Of a DNA stretch of 32,000 bases, positions 1 to 7,952 are shown piece by piece. Origin of the DNA: an uncultured Fastidiosipila sp. (lineage in GTDB: Bacteria > Bacillota > Clostridia > Saccharofermentanales > Fastidiosipilaceae); NCBI GenBank assembly GCA_938014865.1, contig CALLQJ010000350.1, forward strand, positions 1 to 32,000, written 5' to 3'. The notes below the pieces were generated by a model, which did no database searches, was not told where the DNA came from, and was given only the letters and a program-made list of their open reading frames with translations. How positions within the stretch are numbered: position 1 is the first letter of the stretch; each line of letters opens with the position of its first letter. Both the position numbers and the translations under genes were made by a program.

Positions 1-207
1 GCTGCAAACTGAGATGGAGGAAGCCGCGGCGCTGCTCGTCTTCTTGGAGGAATTGTTGTTCAAGTGCTTGGCAGGCGGCGTCGGCTTTCCCGGGGTCCGT
101 CAGTGCCTCGCAATACCGCATGAACGGAACTTGACGCGGCTCTTCCGCTTACAAGTCTTTTAAAGCTCGGGAACTTTTGTCTGCTACACTGATTCCATAA
201 GATTTTT

Positions 208-837
208 ATGAGGGAGGTTTTAATCTTGGGAGAAGAATTTTTCCATTATCCGCTGATAATGATCTGTAATGAAGCACCGGCCGCTGCAGCAAAACTTCCG
301 GAGGGCTATCGCTTTCAATATTATAAAAACGGCATGGCAGAAGATTGGTGTCGTATTCAGTATCAGGCGGGGGCTTTTGATTCCATGAAGGCTGCAGAAG
401 CGCTTTTCGAGCGTGAATTTGCCCCGCATCAAAAGCTGCTGAAAGAGCGCATGCTCTTTATTCTCCCGGCTGAAACGTCGGAAGATCCTGCGGGCACGGC
501 GAGTTTATGGATCGGCGACGATTTCGGAGAGAAAAGAGATCGGCTCCACTGGCTTGCCGTCGCCCCGTCGCATCAGGGAAAGGGTCTGGCCAAGGCCTTA
601 GTGGCTGAGCTTATCGCCTGCTACCGGGAAAAAGGGCTCGGGAAAGGGATTTATTTGACGACACAAACGGAAAGCTATAAAGCTATTAATATTTACCGGC
701 AATTCGCTTTTGAACCTTCTTTGGCTGCCATCCGAAAAAATGCACCCGAGGGACAGGCTTTTGATGAAGAGCAAAGCCGAAAAGCCTGGCAAATGACTGA
801 AAAAATCCTTTCAGACTACAAAGCGTCTTCGAAATAG
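208..837 (+). CDS. GNAT family N-acetyltransferase
   Basis: 209-aa ORF with the GNAT acetyl-CoA pocket motif 'HWLAVAPSHQGKGLAKALVAEL' (Q/R-x-x-G-x-G/A). The start is uncertain: AGGGAGG at 211-217 lies inside the listed ORF and would serve the in-frame TTG at 226. ATG 259 is also possible. Confidence 0.75.
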   Translation: MREVLILGEEFFHYPLIMICNEAPAAAAKLPEGYRFQYYKNGMAEDWCRIQYQAGAFDSMKAAEALFEREFAPHQKLLKERMLFILPAETSEDPAGTASLWIGDDFGEKRDRLHWLAVAPSHQGKGLAKALVAELIACYREKGLGKGIYLTTQTESYKAINIYRQFAFEPSLAAIRKNAPEGQAFDEEQSRKAWQMTEKILSDYKASSK

Positions 838-850
838 TATCGGGATACAC

Positions 851-900
851 AAAGAAAAACCGCCTCTCGGGATCTGTTTTCCGAGGGCGGTCTTGTTTTT
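851..900. terminator. Bidirectional rho-independent terminator between convergent genes
   Basis: Stem ccgcctctcgg (860-870) pairs with ccgagggcgg (881-890) with one bulge. It is flanked by an A-run (851-859) and a T-run (891-900), so it can terminate both the GNAT gene (+) and rhaM (-). Confidence 0.6.
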
Positions 901-913
901 GTATTATCGTTTT

Positions 914-1231
914 TTACGCTAAATAAAATACTTCTTCGAGCTTGGGCTGGGCGCCGGTTTCGGGGTCCATTTCCATGTCCATGACGTCTTTCATGTACTC
1001 ATTCCAGCGGTCGACGACGGGACTTTGGGCTTGGTGAGCGGCGGCAAAGTCCGCGCCTTTTTCGCATTCGTAGTAACCGAAGACTTCATCACCGACGATC
1101 CAAATACTGTAGTTGCGGATGCCGGCTTCTTTTAAGACTTCGACCATCTCCGGCCAGATCTCATTGTGGCGTTTCACATACTCATCTCTTTTTCCGGGAA
1201 GGATTCTTGCTTTCCAGGCGTAACGTTCCAT
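914..1231 (-). CDS. rhaM: L-rhamnose mutarotase (RhaM/DUF718 family)
   Basis: 105 aa, the typical size. The sequence pattern 'YAWKARILPGKRDEYVKRHNEIWPEMVEVLKEAGIRNYSIW...GYYE' is characteristic of the family. AAGGAG sits 6 nt upstream of ATG 1231. The start is 32 nt downstream of the preceding gene's stop, so it is probably co-transcribed. Confidence 0.8.
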   Translation of the reverse strand: MERYAWKARILPGKRDEYVKRHNEIWPEMVEVLKEAGIRNYSIWIVGDEVFGYYECEKGADFAAAHQAQSPVVDRWNEYMKDVMDMEMDPETGAQPKLEEVFYLA

Positions 1232-1263
1232 TCAGGGCTCCTTTCGCAAACGGGCTTTTGCTT

Positions 1264-2616
1264 TTATTCTTCGTAAATGTCTTCTGTATCTTCGGCGGCT
1301 TCAGCTTCGGGCAGGCCGGCGGCTTCGCGCAGCATGCTGATGACCTTTTTCAGGAGGAAGTTTTCATAGGCTTCATCGAGGTAGAAATTGACCACGATGC
1401 CGAGCCTGCCGCTGACCGTGGACAAACTGATGCTGCGGCTGAAATTCGGGGCCAGAGGCGGGATCACGTAAACTTGCGTGATGCGCCCGAACGCGTATTC
1501 TTCTTCGGCCGGGATGACGGTCATATTATTGATTTGGGTGCCGCTGCCGACACGGGTCAAGCCGTAAAGCTGCGCCATCATTTCGGCGGACTTCGCTTTG
1601 TAGCCGTCGTAGGCAAAGTAGTAGGCGGAGTCAATGAGATTTTCATCCATCCCTAAAAGGACGATGGCGGAGTGGTGCACTTGCTCCGGTTTCTGAATGG
1701 CTTCATCCGTTTTGTCACTGAGCATTTTTGCAATTTCCAAAAGATCATGCTCGCGCATCTTGCTGACATCAATGCTGATGCCGCCCTGGTAGGTACCGAC
1801 CCCTTCATAGCCTTCGGGCCGGGTGCTCAGAAGGAGCGACACCGCTTCTTTGTCGGCCGTTGCTTTCAGGTAGGCGGCTGCAAAAAGCATGCTAAAGCGC
1901 AGTTTATGATCGTGCGCTAATTGCCGCAGAGCGTCGGTAAATTCAGCTTCCAAGGATTCATGCAGGATGTAGAGCGGATAGGCTTCGTGAAAGTTTTTCT
2001 GCATGCGTTCCAGGTCGGGCCAGGTAAAGGATTTGCCTTCGCGCTGCCAGATTTTGTTCATGCGCTTGACTTTGAATTTGGCCGGCCAGGCCAGGGCATC
2101 GACGTTTAAAACCTCTTCGTTTTCCGGGGCCCGCCACTCGGGCGGAGCCAGCTTGAGGCTGCTGTCGTCAAGCAGGGCAAAGACGTCACGGGCCAGATAC
2201 TGGATCGACGGCGCGTCTCCCGCGAGATAGTGCGAAGCAATTCCCCAGACGGCTTTGACGCCGTCACTTAAAAGAATGTGACGCATGAGTTCGCCTTCAC
2301 TCAGGTTCAGGGAAAAGGTCACGGCCTCCTCCGCCCATTCAAAGGCAATATCCATCAGCGATTCCACATCATCGTCTTCGGCAGGTTCGTAGGTTTCCAC
2401 CTTGAGCTTGACATTAGCCCGGGGAATCGGCTCATAAAAGGCCTCACCGTCACCCTTAATCGTAATTTTCGATTTCAGCTGTTCGTGGCGGTTCATGGCC
2501 GAGGCCAGGGCGACCTTAAAATGATCCAAATCGACATTTCCCGTAATTTCAAACAAGGTCACCATCATGCTGCAGGGACGGTGTAAATACAATCGGCTTT
2601 TTGCTAACTCTCTCAT
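1264..2616 (-). CDS. Stand-alone condensation-domain-like (HxxxD) acyltransferase, function unknown
   Basis: 450-aa ORF, cytoplasmic, with no signal peptide. It carries 'SHYLAGDAPS', which matches the H-x-x-x-D catalytic motif of NRPS condensation/WS-DGAT/PapA-type acyltransferases at the expected position about one third into the protein. Coding status is high. The family assignment is moderate. Confidence 0.55.
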   Translation of the reverse strand: MRELAKSRLYLHRPCSMMVTLFEITGNVDLDHFKVALASAMNRHEQLKSKITIKGDGEAFYEPIPRANVKLKVETYEPAEDDDVESLMDIAFEWAEEAVTFSLNLSEGELMRHILLSDGVKAVWGIASHYLAGDAPSIQYLARDVFALLDDSSLKLAPPEWRAPENEEVLNVDALAWPAKFKVKRMNKIWQREGKSFTWPDLERMQKNFHEAYPLYILHESLEAEFTDALRQLAHDHKLRFSMLFAAAYLKATADKEAVSLLLSTRPEGYEGVGTYQGGISIDVSKMREHDLLEIAKMLSDKTDEAIQKPEQVHHSAIVLLGMDENLIDSAYYFAYDGYKAKSAEMMAQLYGLTRVGSGTQINNMTVIPAEEEYAFGRITQVYVIPPLAPNFSRSISLSTVSGRLGIVVNFYLDEAYENFLLKKVISMLREAAGLPEAEAAEDTEDIYEE

Positions 2617-2792
2617 ATCGGCTCCTGAAAATTTATTATGGAATTTCCTTTTTTATCAGAATTCCTTAAGTATAGTTTAACGCAAGCGTAAGGAGAAGCA
2701 TTTCAGAAGAAATTTCCTCGCTGCGCTTGCGTTGTGATTTTTGCTTATCTTCGCTTATTGAAGTCGAAACGCAGGTAAAGCGTTAAGTTTAT

Positions 2793-3977
2793 TTACCAGT
2801 AAGGCTCCCAATCTCCGCTGAGACGGGTCAAGGCTTCGACATAGTAGTAATCGCCCCAAAGATTGCAGGTATCCACGCCGCGGTCGGGTGTATTGTTGAA
2901 CGGGCTTTTGCAGCTGTAAACGCCGTGTTTGAGCTGCCCGTTGCTTTCTTCAGGGTCCGTGACCGCACATTTTTCAATCAGCATGTGCATCAGGCGGCGG
3001 GCGAAGCTTTTGAGGGTTTCGGCCTGCTCTTTATCCACATATTTAGCCATCTCCAGCATGCCGCAAACGGTAATCGCCGAAGACGAGGAGTCGCGCGGCT
3101 CGGTGCTGCCGCCCCGGAAAATGAGATCCCAGTGCGGGATAAGGTCGTGCGGGAGATGTTCCAGGAAATACTCGGTCACGTTAAAGAACATCTTCATGTA
3201 ATCGGGATCTTTGGTGTAGCGATAGGCAATGGCCAGGCCGTAAATGCCCCAGGCCTGCCCTCTGGCCCAGGAAGAATCATCCGAATAGCCTTGGTGCGTT
3301 TCACCGTAAAGGGGCGCTCCGGTTTCGGGATCGAAATAATAAGTGTGGTGGGTGGAATAGTCATGACGGACCACGACACGCAGGGTGGTTTCAAGGTGCG
3401 CACGGGCCGCTTTCTCATAGCGTTCGTCCCCGCTTTCTTCGCTTGCCCAGAACAAGAGCGGAAGATTGGCCAGTGAATTAATCAGCAAACGATATTCGCT
3501 CGTGTCATCAAGCGCCCCCCAGGCCTGAATGAATTGCCCTTTTTCCTGAAAACGCGACAGCAGCTTATCCGCCGCCATCATCGCGGCCTTGCGGGCCTTC
3601 TTATCCCCCGTCAATTTATAAGCGGCCACACAGGAAAGGCTGTAGAGAAAGCCGAGGTCGTGGGTATCGGTTTCGATATTCTCTTCAATGCGGCGCAGGA
3701 AGCTTTCCACCTGGCCCATGGCCGCTTTTTTAAAGCGTTCATCCCCGGTATTTTCATACGCGAGCCAAAGCTCACCGGTCCAGAAACCGTTGGTCCATTG
3801 CTCGTTTTTCGCCTCATGATAAAAGCCCTTATCATCAGCGACACTGGATTTAAACGTATCGGAAAATTCGGGAAGACAGCTTTCCGTCTGACGAATCGCA
3901 TGCTGCATCGCTTCTTTTATTTCCTCGTCTGTGGCAGGCGGGATATTCAGTATTTTTTCTTTTTCAACAGCTAGCAT
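2793..3977 (-). CDS. ugl: Glycoside hydrolase family 88, unsaturated glucuronyl hydrolase
   Basis: 394 aa. It is collinear with my recollection of Bacillus sp. GL1 UGL: 'WTNGFWTGELWLAYENTGDE', 'HDLGFLYSLS', 'IQAWG', 'NLPLLFWA', 'YFDPETG...THQGYSDDSSWARGQAWGIYG', 'RDSSSSAITVCGMLE', 'WGDYYYVEAL'. RBS AAGGGGG precedes ATG 3977. Confidence 0.88.
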   Translation of the reverse strand: MLAVEKEKILNIPPATDEEIKEAMQHAIRQTESCLPEFSDTFKSSVADDKGFYHEAKNEQWTNGFWTGELWLAYENTGDERFKKAAMGQVESFLRRIEENIETDTHDLGFLYSLSCVAAYKLTGDKKARKAAMMAADKLLSRFQEKGQFIQAWGALDDTSEYRLLINSLANLPLLFWASEESGDERYEKAARAHLETTLRVVVRHDYSTHHTYYFDPETGAPLYGETHQGYSDDSSWARGQAWGIYGLAIAYRYTKDPDYMKMFFNVTEYFLEHLPHDLIPHWDLIFRGGSTEPRDSSSSAITVCGMLEMAKYVDKEQAETLKSFARRLMHMLIEKCAVTDPEESNGQLKHGVYSCKSPFNNTPDRGVDTCNLWGDYYYVEALTRLSGDWEPYW

Positions 3978-4356
3978 GATTACCCCCTTGTATATAACGT
4001 ATTAAGATACCTTCCATTAGCAGTATAGCAGTTTCGCTGAGGGCTTAATATTGCAGGCGGGAAAATTTTAGCCAAATGTGCAGGAATCGGAATTACTGTT
4101 CTGCTGCTCATGGCAAAAACACCTTCTTCATTCGCTTAATACTTACTTAATAAGTGTACGTTATTTTCGTTATAAAAGTATTTAAAAGCTCGGAATCCCT
4201 GCCTCAATTGATTTGTAAAATTCCTGAAAATATTCCCTTTACGTTCCTGTTTACAGCACTGCTATTAATATTCTTGCTTACTTTTTGTGTAATACTGGTA
4301 TTAAGAGCATTCACAAAAAGTGAATGATTTTTCACAACACTATTCAGGAGGTAAAA

Positions 4357-5133
4357 ATGCGTTTAGAAGGTAAAAAGATTTTTGTAACAGGCGGCGCAAG
4401 CGGAATTGCTGCTGCCGTCGTACGCAAGTATGTAAACGAAGGCGCCAAAGTCGTTTCGGCCGATATCAATGATGAAGACGGCCGGAAAATCGTCGACGAA
4501 GCCAATAAAGAAGGTCCCGGCGAAGCCAAGTACATGCACTGCGATATTTCCAAGCAGGAAGAAGTTAAAAAAGTTGTCGCTGAAGCAGTCGAATGGCTCG
4601 GCGGCCTGGATGTCATGGCCAATATTGCCGGTGTCGAAGGCGGCTGCAAGGCCGAAGACGTAACGGATGAAGACATGGACTTCATCTTCGGCGTCAATAT
4701 CCGCGGTATGGTCTATACCAATCAGGAGGCTTTCCGTTATATGAAAGACACAGGCGGCGGCAGTATTATTAACTACTCCTCACATACTGCGATCAACCCA
4801 TACGTCTTTGGTTCTGTTTATTCCATGTCCAAAGGCGCCGTCATGTCCTGGACGCGTACCGTTGCGCACGAGTGGGGCAAATACGGCATCCGCGTGAACA
4901 ATGTGGCACCTTGCATCTGGACAAATATGTATGACGAGTATCTTGAGCGTCTGGACGAAGCCGGCCTCAAGGCCGAGCAGGAAGACAAGCGCGTCAAAAT
5001 TCCCATCGGCGGCAAACTCGGTGATCCTTACGAGGACCTCGCACCGGTTATGGTCTTCTTAGCAAGTGATGACTCTCATTTCGTCACAGCACAGATCATT
5101 CCCGTTGACGGCGGCTATATGCAGACTCGCTAA
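4357..5133 (+). CDS. Short-chain dehydrogenase/reductase (SDR) family oxidoreductase
   Basis: Rossmann motif 'VTGGASGIAAA', NAG-type 'ANIAGV' and catalytic 'YSMSKGAV' (Y-x-x-x-K). I moved the start from the listed 4324 to ATG 4357 because AGGAGG at 4346-4351 lies just upstream of it. The gene is divergent from the GH88 gene. Confidence 0.85.
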   Translation: MRLEGKKIFVTGGASGIAAAVVRKYVNEGAKVVSADINDEDGRKIVDEANKEGPGEAKYMHCDISKQEEVKKVVAEAVEWLGGLDVMANIAGVEGGCKAEDVTDEDMDFIFGVNIRGMVYTNQEAFRYMKDTGGGSIINYSSHTAINPYVFGSVYSMSKGAVMSWTRTVAHEWGKYGIRVNNVAPCIWTNMYDEYLERLDEAGLKAEQEDKRVKIPIGGKLGDPYEDLAPVMVFLASDDSHFVTAQIIPVDGGYMQTR

Positions 5134-5158
5134 ACGAACTATCCTTATAAAATCAGAA

Positions 5159-5192
5159 CTGCCTTTCCCGGTTTCGGGAGAGGCAGTTTTTT
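5159..5192 (+). terminator. Rho-independent terminator after the SDR gene
   Basis: Stem ctgcctttcccg (5159-5170), loop gttt, stem cgggagaggcag (5175-5186), followed by tttttt (5187-5192). Confidence 0.7.
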
Positions 5193-5291
5193 GCGGTTTT
5201 ATTATCTTCTGAGAGACACATCCGGAAAAACCAATCCAACTATACAAGCCAAAAGCATCCGCAGCCTCCCGCATTTCCGGATCACACTCTC

Positions 5292-6242
5292 TTAAATCCT
5301 GAACGCCTTTTTCCAGTTCCCATAATCCGACTTAAAATTATTCGCCTTCTTCAGCATGATGGCCCGTCTCGTGTTCGTCTTCCCGTCCACCTTGTAGTCC
5401 TTCCCCTCCATCTGGCGCTTCGCCAGGTCATGAAAGTCCACCTCAAGTCCGATCTGCTCCTTCTGAAAAGCCCTATAATACATGCCCGAAACCCAGGTCC
5501 TCTGATAGGTAAGTTTCGCACCCTCCGCCGCTTCCAGCCCGTCCTTCGTTTTCCGGGATATAATGACCCGGAAAGACTGCAGCTGAAGGGTCTCATTCAT
5601 GCCCCGAATCAGGCTTGTGCCAGAGGCACGTTTCTTCTTGATATCACTCTTGTAATTCGGATGTTTGAAAACAAATTCCTTCAATTTTGAAGCTTTTTTC
5701 AAGGCCGGCAGCGCTTCGCGGTAAATCGGGTAAGTCCTTCCGTTCACAATAATCGACGCAGTTTTTAAATCGAGCGACTTCGCCGTCACATCAAAAACGT
5801 CCTCTTCCGGCAAACCGAAAAAAGCCAGCCAAAAATAACACCTGTACACGATGTCCACAGTCTCTTCGGAAACCGGGTCAAAGATTTTATTTAAATACCA
5901 TTCCAGGTGCACGGGGTTAGCCACCATAAGCCGGCGCATCTTTTCCGTATTCTCCGGGTTTATTTTGAAAAAATTGTCGTTCGCTCCCGGCACATCATTG
6001 TCCAGACACCACCTTGTATAATCATTCAGAACAAAGATGCGCGGGTTCCTGTCCCAATATCGCAGCCCCATAATGTCTTCGGCCATTGTCTCGAGTTCCT
6101 CAACGGATCTGCTGCAGAGGTCTGCGCCCCACTTTTCTTCATATTCACCGGTCGCCTCAAAGAGCGTGATGCAGTATTCTTTTGTGCTTTTTTTGTCTGT
6201 GTAATAGTCAATAAATTTTCTTTTTGCATCTGCATTAAACAT
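5292..6242 (-). CDS. Integrase-fold protein of the MrpR/YopR-like (mobile-element associated) type
   Basis: The listed 411-aa ORF has a low-complexity, implausible N-terminus. ATG 6242 is preceded by AAAGGAG, which gives a 316-aa protein starting 'MFNADAKRKFIDYYTDKK...EEKWGADLC'. The pattern '...RRLMVANPVHLEWYL...VDIVYRCYFWLAFFGLPEEDV...YREALPALKKA...FKHPNY...DYGNWKKAFRI' matches, from memory, a family common on Clostridia mobile elements. That family is annotated as phage lytic-cycle repressor MrpR or integrase-like. Confidence 0.5.
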   Translation of the reverse strand: MFNADAKRKFIDYYTDKKSTKEYCITLFEATGEYEEKWGADLCSRSVEELETMAEDIMGLRYWDRNPRIFVLNDYTRWCLDNDVPGANDNFFKINPENTEKMRRLMVANPVHLEWYLNKIFDPVSEETVDIVYRCYFWLAFFGLPEEDVFDVTAKSLDLKTASIIVNGRTYPIYREALPALKKASKLKEFVFKHPNYKSDIKKKRASGTSLIRGMNETLQLQSFRVIISRKTKDGLEAAEGAKLTYQRTWVSGMYYRAFQKEQIGLEVDFHDLAKRQMEGKDYKVDGKTNTRRAIMLKKANNFKSDYGNWKKAFRI

Positions 6243-6498
6243 CCGTTTTGCTCCTTTGAATCTCAGACATACATTCCGCGATCCTGAAGCCGGGCTTTTG
6301 CTGCCGCTTCGGGAGGAATCGGAAGAATTGTTCTGCTTCCCATGACGCAGAAACATCCTTTCGTTCGTATGATAATCTTTCGTTATCACTATTATAAAAG
6401 TAATTTGTCTTTTTCGCTCTTTAAATTTGAAAATTCTAAGATTCCGCAGGAATGAAAATGCAAAAGGGCTCGCAAGAAAAGCCCTCTCAAAATTGCCA

Positions 6499-6540
6499 TA
6501 AAAAAATCTGTCGAAGCTTCCCCCCACAAAAGCTCGACAG
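6499..6540 (-). terminator. Rho-independent terminator of the ABC/VOC operon
   Basis: On the minus strand the sequence reads ctgtcgagctt-ttgtgggggg-aagcttcgacag followed by attttttta. The plus-strand arms are 6508-6519 and 6530-6540, with an A-run at 6499-6506. A second weaker hairpin (agggct/agccct, 6465-6486) follows. Confidence 0.6.
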
Positions 6541-6600
6541 ACCTATTTCATTTTACAATGCTAAAACTGATGATTCTGTATCAAATGTACGAATTCTAAT

Positions 6601-7074
6601 TTAATCTCCGAAATTTTCCAAAAGTTCCACCCGGCATTTCAAAAGATCAAAGGCATCGAGGTAAGCATACTTCCCCGATCCGTCTCCGTAAAAGCCCTCC
6701 TGTTCCAAAACCATGCCGAGTTTCTCACACTCGGCCACCGTCTCATCAATGCTGTCCACGACGAAGGCAATGTGGTGGATGCCCTCCCCGTATTTATCGA
6801 GATGATCGCGCCAGACCGAAGGCTTGTCATTCGGCTCAATCAGCTCAAGCTGCACGCCGTCCGACAAATTGAAAAACGCCAATTTACTCGCTGCTTCCGG
6901 GGCAGGCTCCCCAAAGACTTTCGTTTTCGTAATCGCATAATCCCCGTTAGGATTCGCCTCCGCCGGCTCACAGCCGAAAATCATCGCATAATTCCGGCTC
7001 GCATTCTCAATGTCATGCACGACAAAACCGACCTGTGTAAATCTCGCTTGATCCAGAATTTTTTGTTTGTTCAT
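6601..7074 (-). CDS. VOC (glyoxalase/bleomycin-resistance/methylmalonyl-CoA-epimerase-like) family protein
   Basis: 157 aa counted from ATG 7074. The listed start at 7143 would overlap the upstream permease. Paired beta-alpha-beta-beta-beta signatures are present: 'QVGFVVHDIENA' and 'GIHHIAFVVDSIDE', with His/Glu metal ligands. The start is only 4 nt after the permease stop (7079). Confidence 0.75.
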   Translation of the reverse strand: MNKQKILDQARFTQVGFVVHDIENASRNYAMIFGCEPAEANPNGDYAITKTKVFGEPAPEAASKLAFFNLSDGVQLELIEPNDKPSVWRDHLDKYGEGIHHIAFVVDSIDETVAECEKLGMVLEQEGFYGDGSGKYAYLDAFDLLKCRVELLENFGD

Positions 7075-7078
7075 GTTT

Positions 7079-7939
7079 TTATCCTTTAATCGCACCCATG
7101 GTAAGTCCGCTAACAATCTGATTACTGAACATAGAATACACAATAATTGTCGGCAAAACAGCTATAACAATAGCAGCAAACATTTGGACATAATTTGTAG
7201 CATAAGGACCCACAAAATACGTTAATGTTACCGGCAAAGTTTTCTTCATAGGATCAGAAATAAATACCATCGCAACCAAAAGCTCGTTCCATGTCGCAAC
7301 AAAACTCATCAGTCCGGTTACAAAAAGACCGGTTTTTACCAGCGGCAAAGCTATATTGAAAAATATTCTGTAGATTGAACATCCATCAATACAAGCAGCC
7401 TCAAAAATTTCACGAGGCATGCTCCTGAAAAAACCCACCAAAATAAAAATAGTTATAGGAAGAGCAAATGTTATATAGGGCAACATTAATCCGCCGAGTG
7501 AGTTAGTAAGACCAATTTTTGAAAAAACAACAAATAAAGGAATTAAAATACAATGCACCGGCACCATCATCCCGATCATAAAATAGATCAATGCAGCTCC
7601 TGATAATTTCCACTTCATCCTTGCAATCCCGAATGCTGCCATAGCACCGAAAAGCAAACTCACAATTAAGGTGACCGTACATACAACAAACGAATTTTTA
7701 AGTGCAACACCTAACTTTCCTGTATTCCAGGCAAATATATAATTTCCCAGCTGCCAAACTTCCGGCAATCCGAAAGGATTAGAAAAAACTTCAGCGTTTG
7801 TCTTGAATGAAACCAGCACAATCCAAAGCAGGGGCAGGACATATACGGCTGCCAACAATGTCAATATTATATAGATTATCGGTGTAGAGAGACGGACCTT
7901 GTTCCTCTTATTATTTTTACTTATATTTTTACCAGTCAT
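7079..7939 (-). CDS. Carbohydrate ABC transporter permease (MalG/binding-protein-dependent family)
   Basis: Six predicted TM segments and the EAA loop 'EAACIDGCSIYRIFFNIALPLVKTG'. The start is set to ATG 7939, with GAGGAG upstream, just after the stop of the preceding permease at 7953. Confidence 0.88.
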   Translation of the reverse strand: MTGKNISKNNKRNKVRLSTPIIYIILTLLAAVYVLPLLWIVLVSFKTNAEVFSNPFGLPEVWQLGNYIFAWNTGKLGVALKNSFVVCTVTLIVSLLFGAMAAFGIARMKWKLSGAALIYFMIGMMVPVHCILIPLFVVFSKIGLTNSLGGLMLPYITFALPITIFILVGFFRSMPREIFEAACIDGCSIYRIFFNIALPLVKTGLFVTGLMSFVATWNELLVAMVFISDPMKKTLPVTLTYFVGPYATNYVQMFAAIVIAVLPTIIVYSMFSNQIVSGLTMGAIKG

Positions 7940-7952
7940 TGTCCGTCTCCTC

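Noticed and set aside
1-163. Possible partial genes at the left edge
   Set aside because: Both strands are open here. The plus-strand frame 2 ends at TAA 161-163. A minus-strand ATG at 119-121 reads 'MRYCEALTDPGKADAACQALEQQF...' out of the window. At about 40-53 aa, with no motif and no clear RBS, I cannot decide which is real, if either.
6243-6527. N-terminal 95-aa extension of the listed 411-aa ORF (5292-6527)
   Set aside because: The extension is low-complexity ('SSDSSRSGSKSPASGSR') and runs through two terminator-like hairpins. The internal ATG 6242 has a strong AAAGGAG RBS and gives a family-typical N-terminus.
7075-7143. Upstream extensions of listed ORFs: VOC to 7143, permeases to 7993 and 8900, GH32-like to 19238, SDR from 4324
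   Set aside because: Each extension overlaps the preceding gene or lacks an RBS. In every case an internal ATG with a Shine-Dalgarno sequence gives a family-typical N-terminus (a signal peptide, or a start just after the upstream stop).
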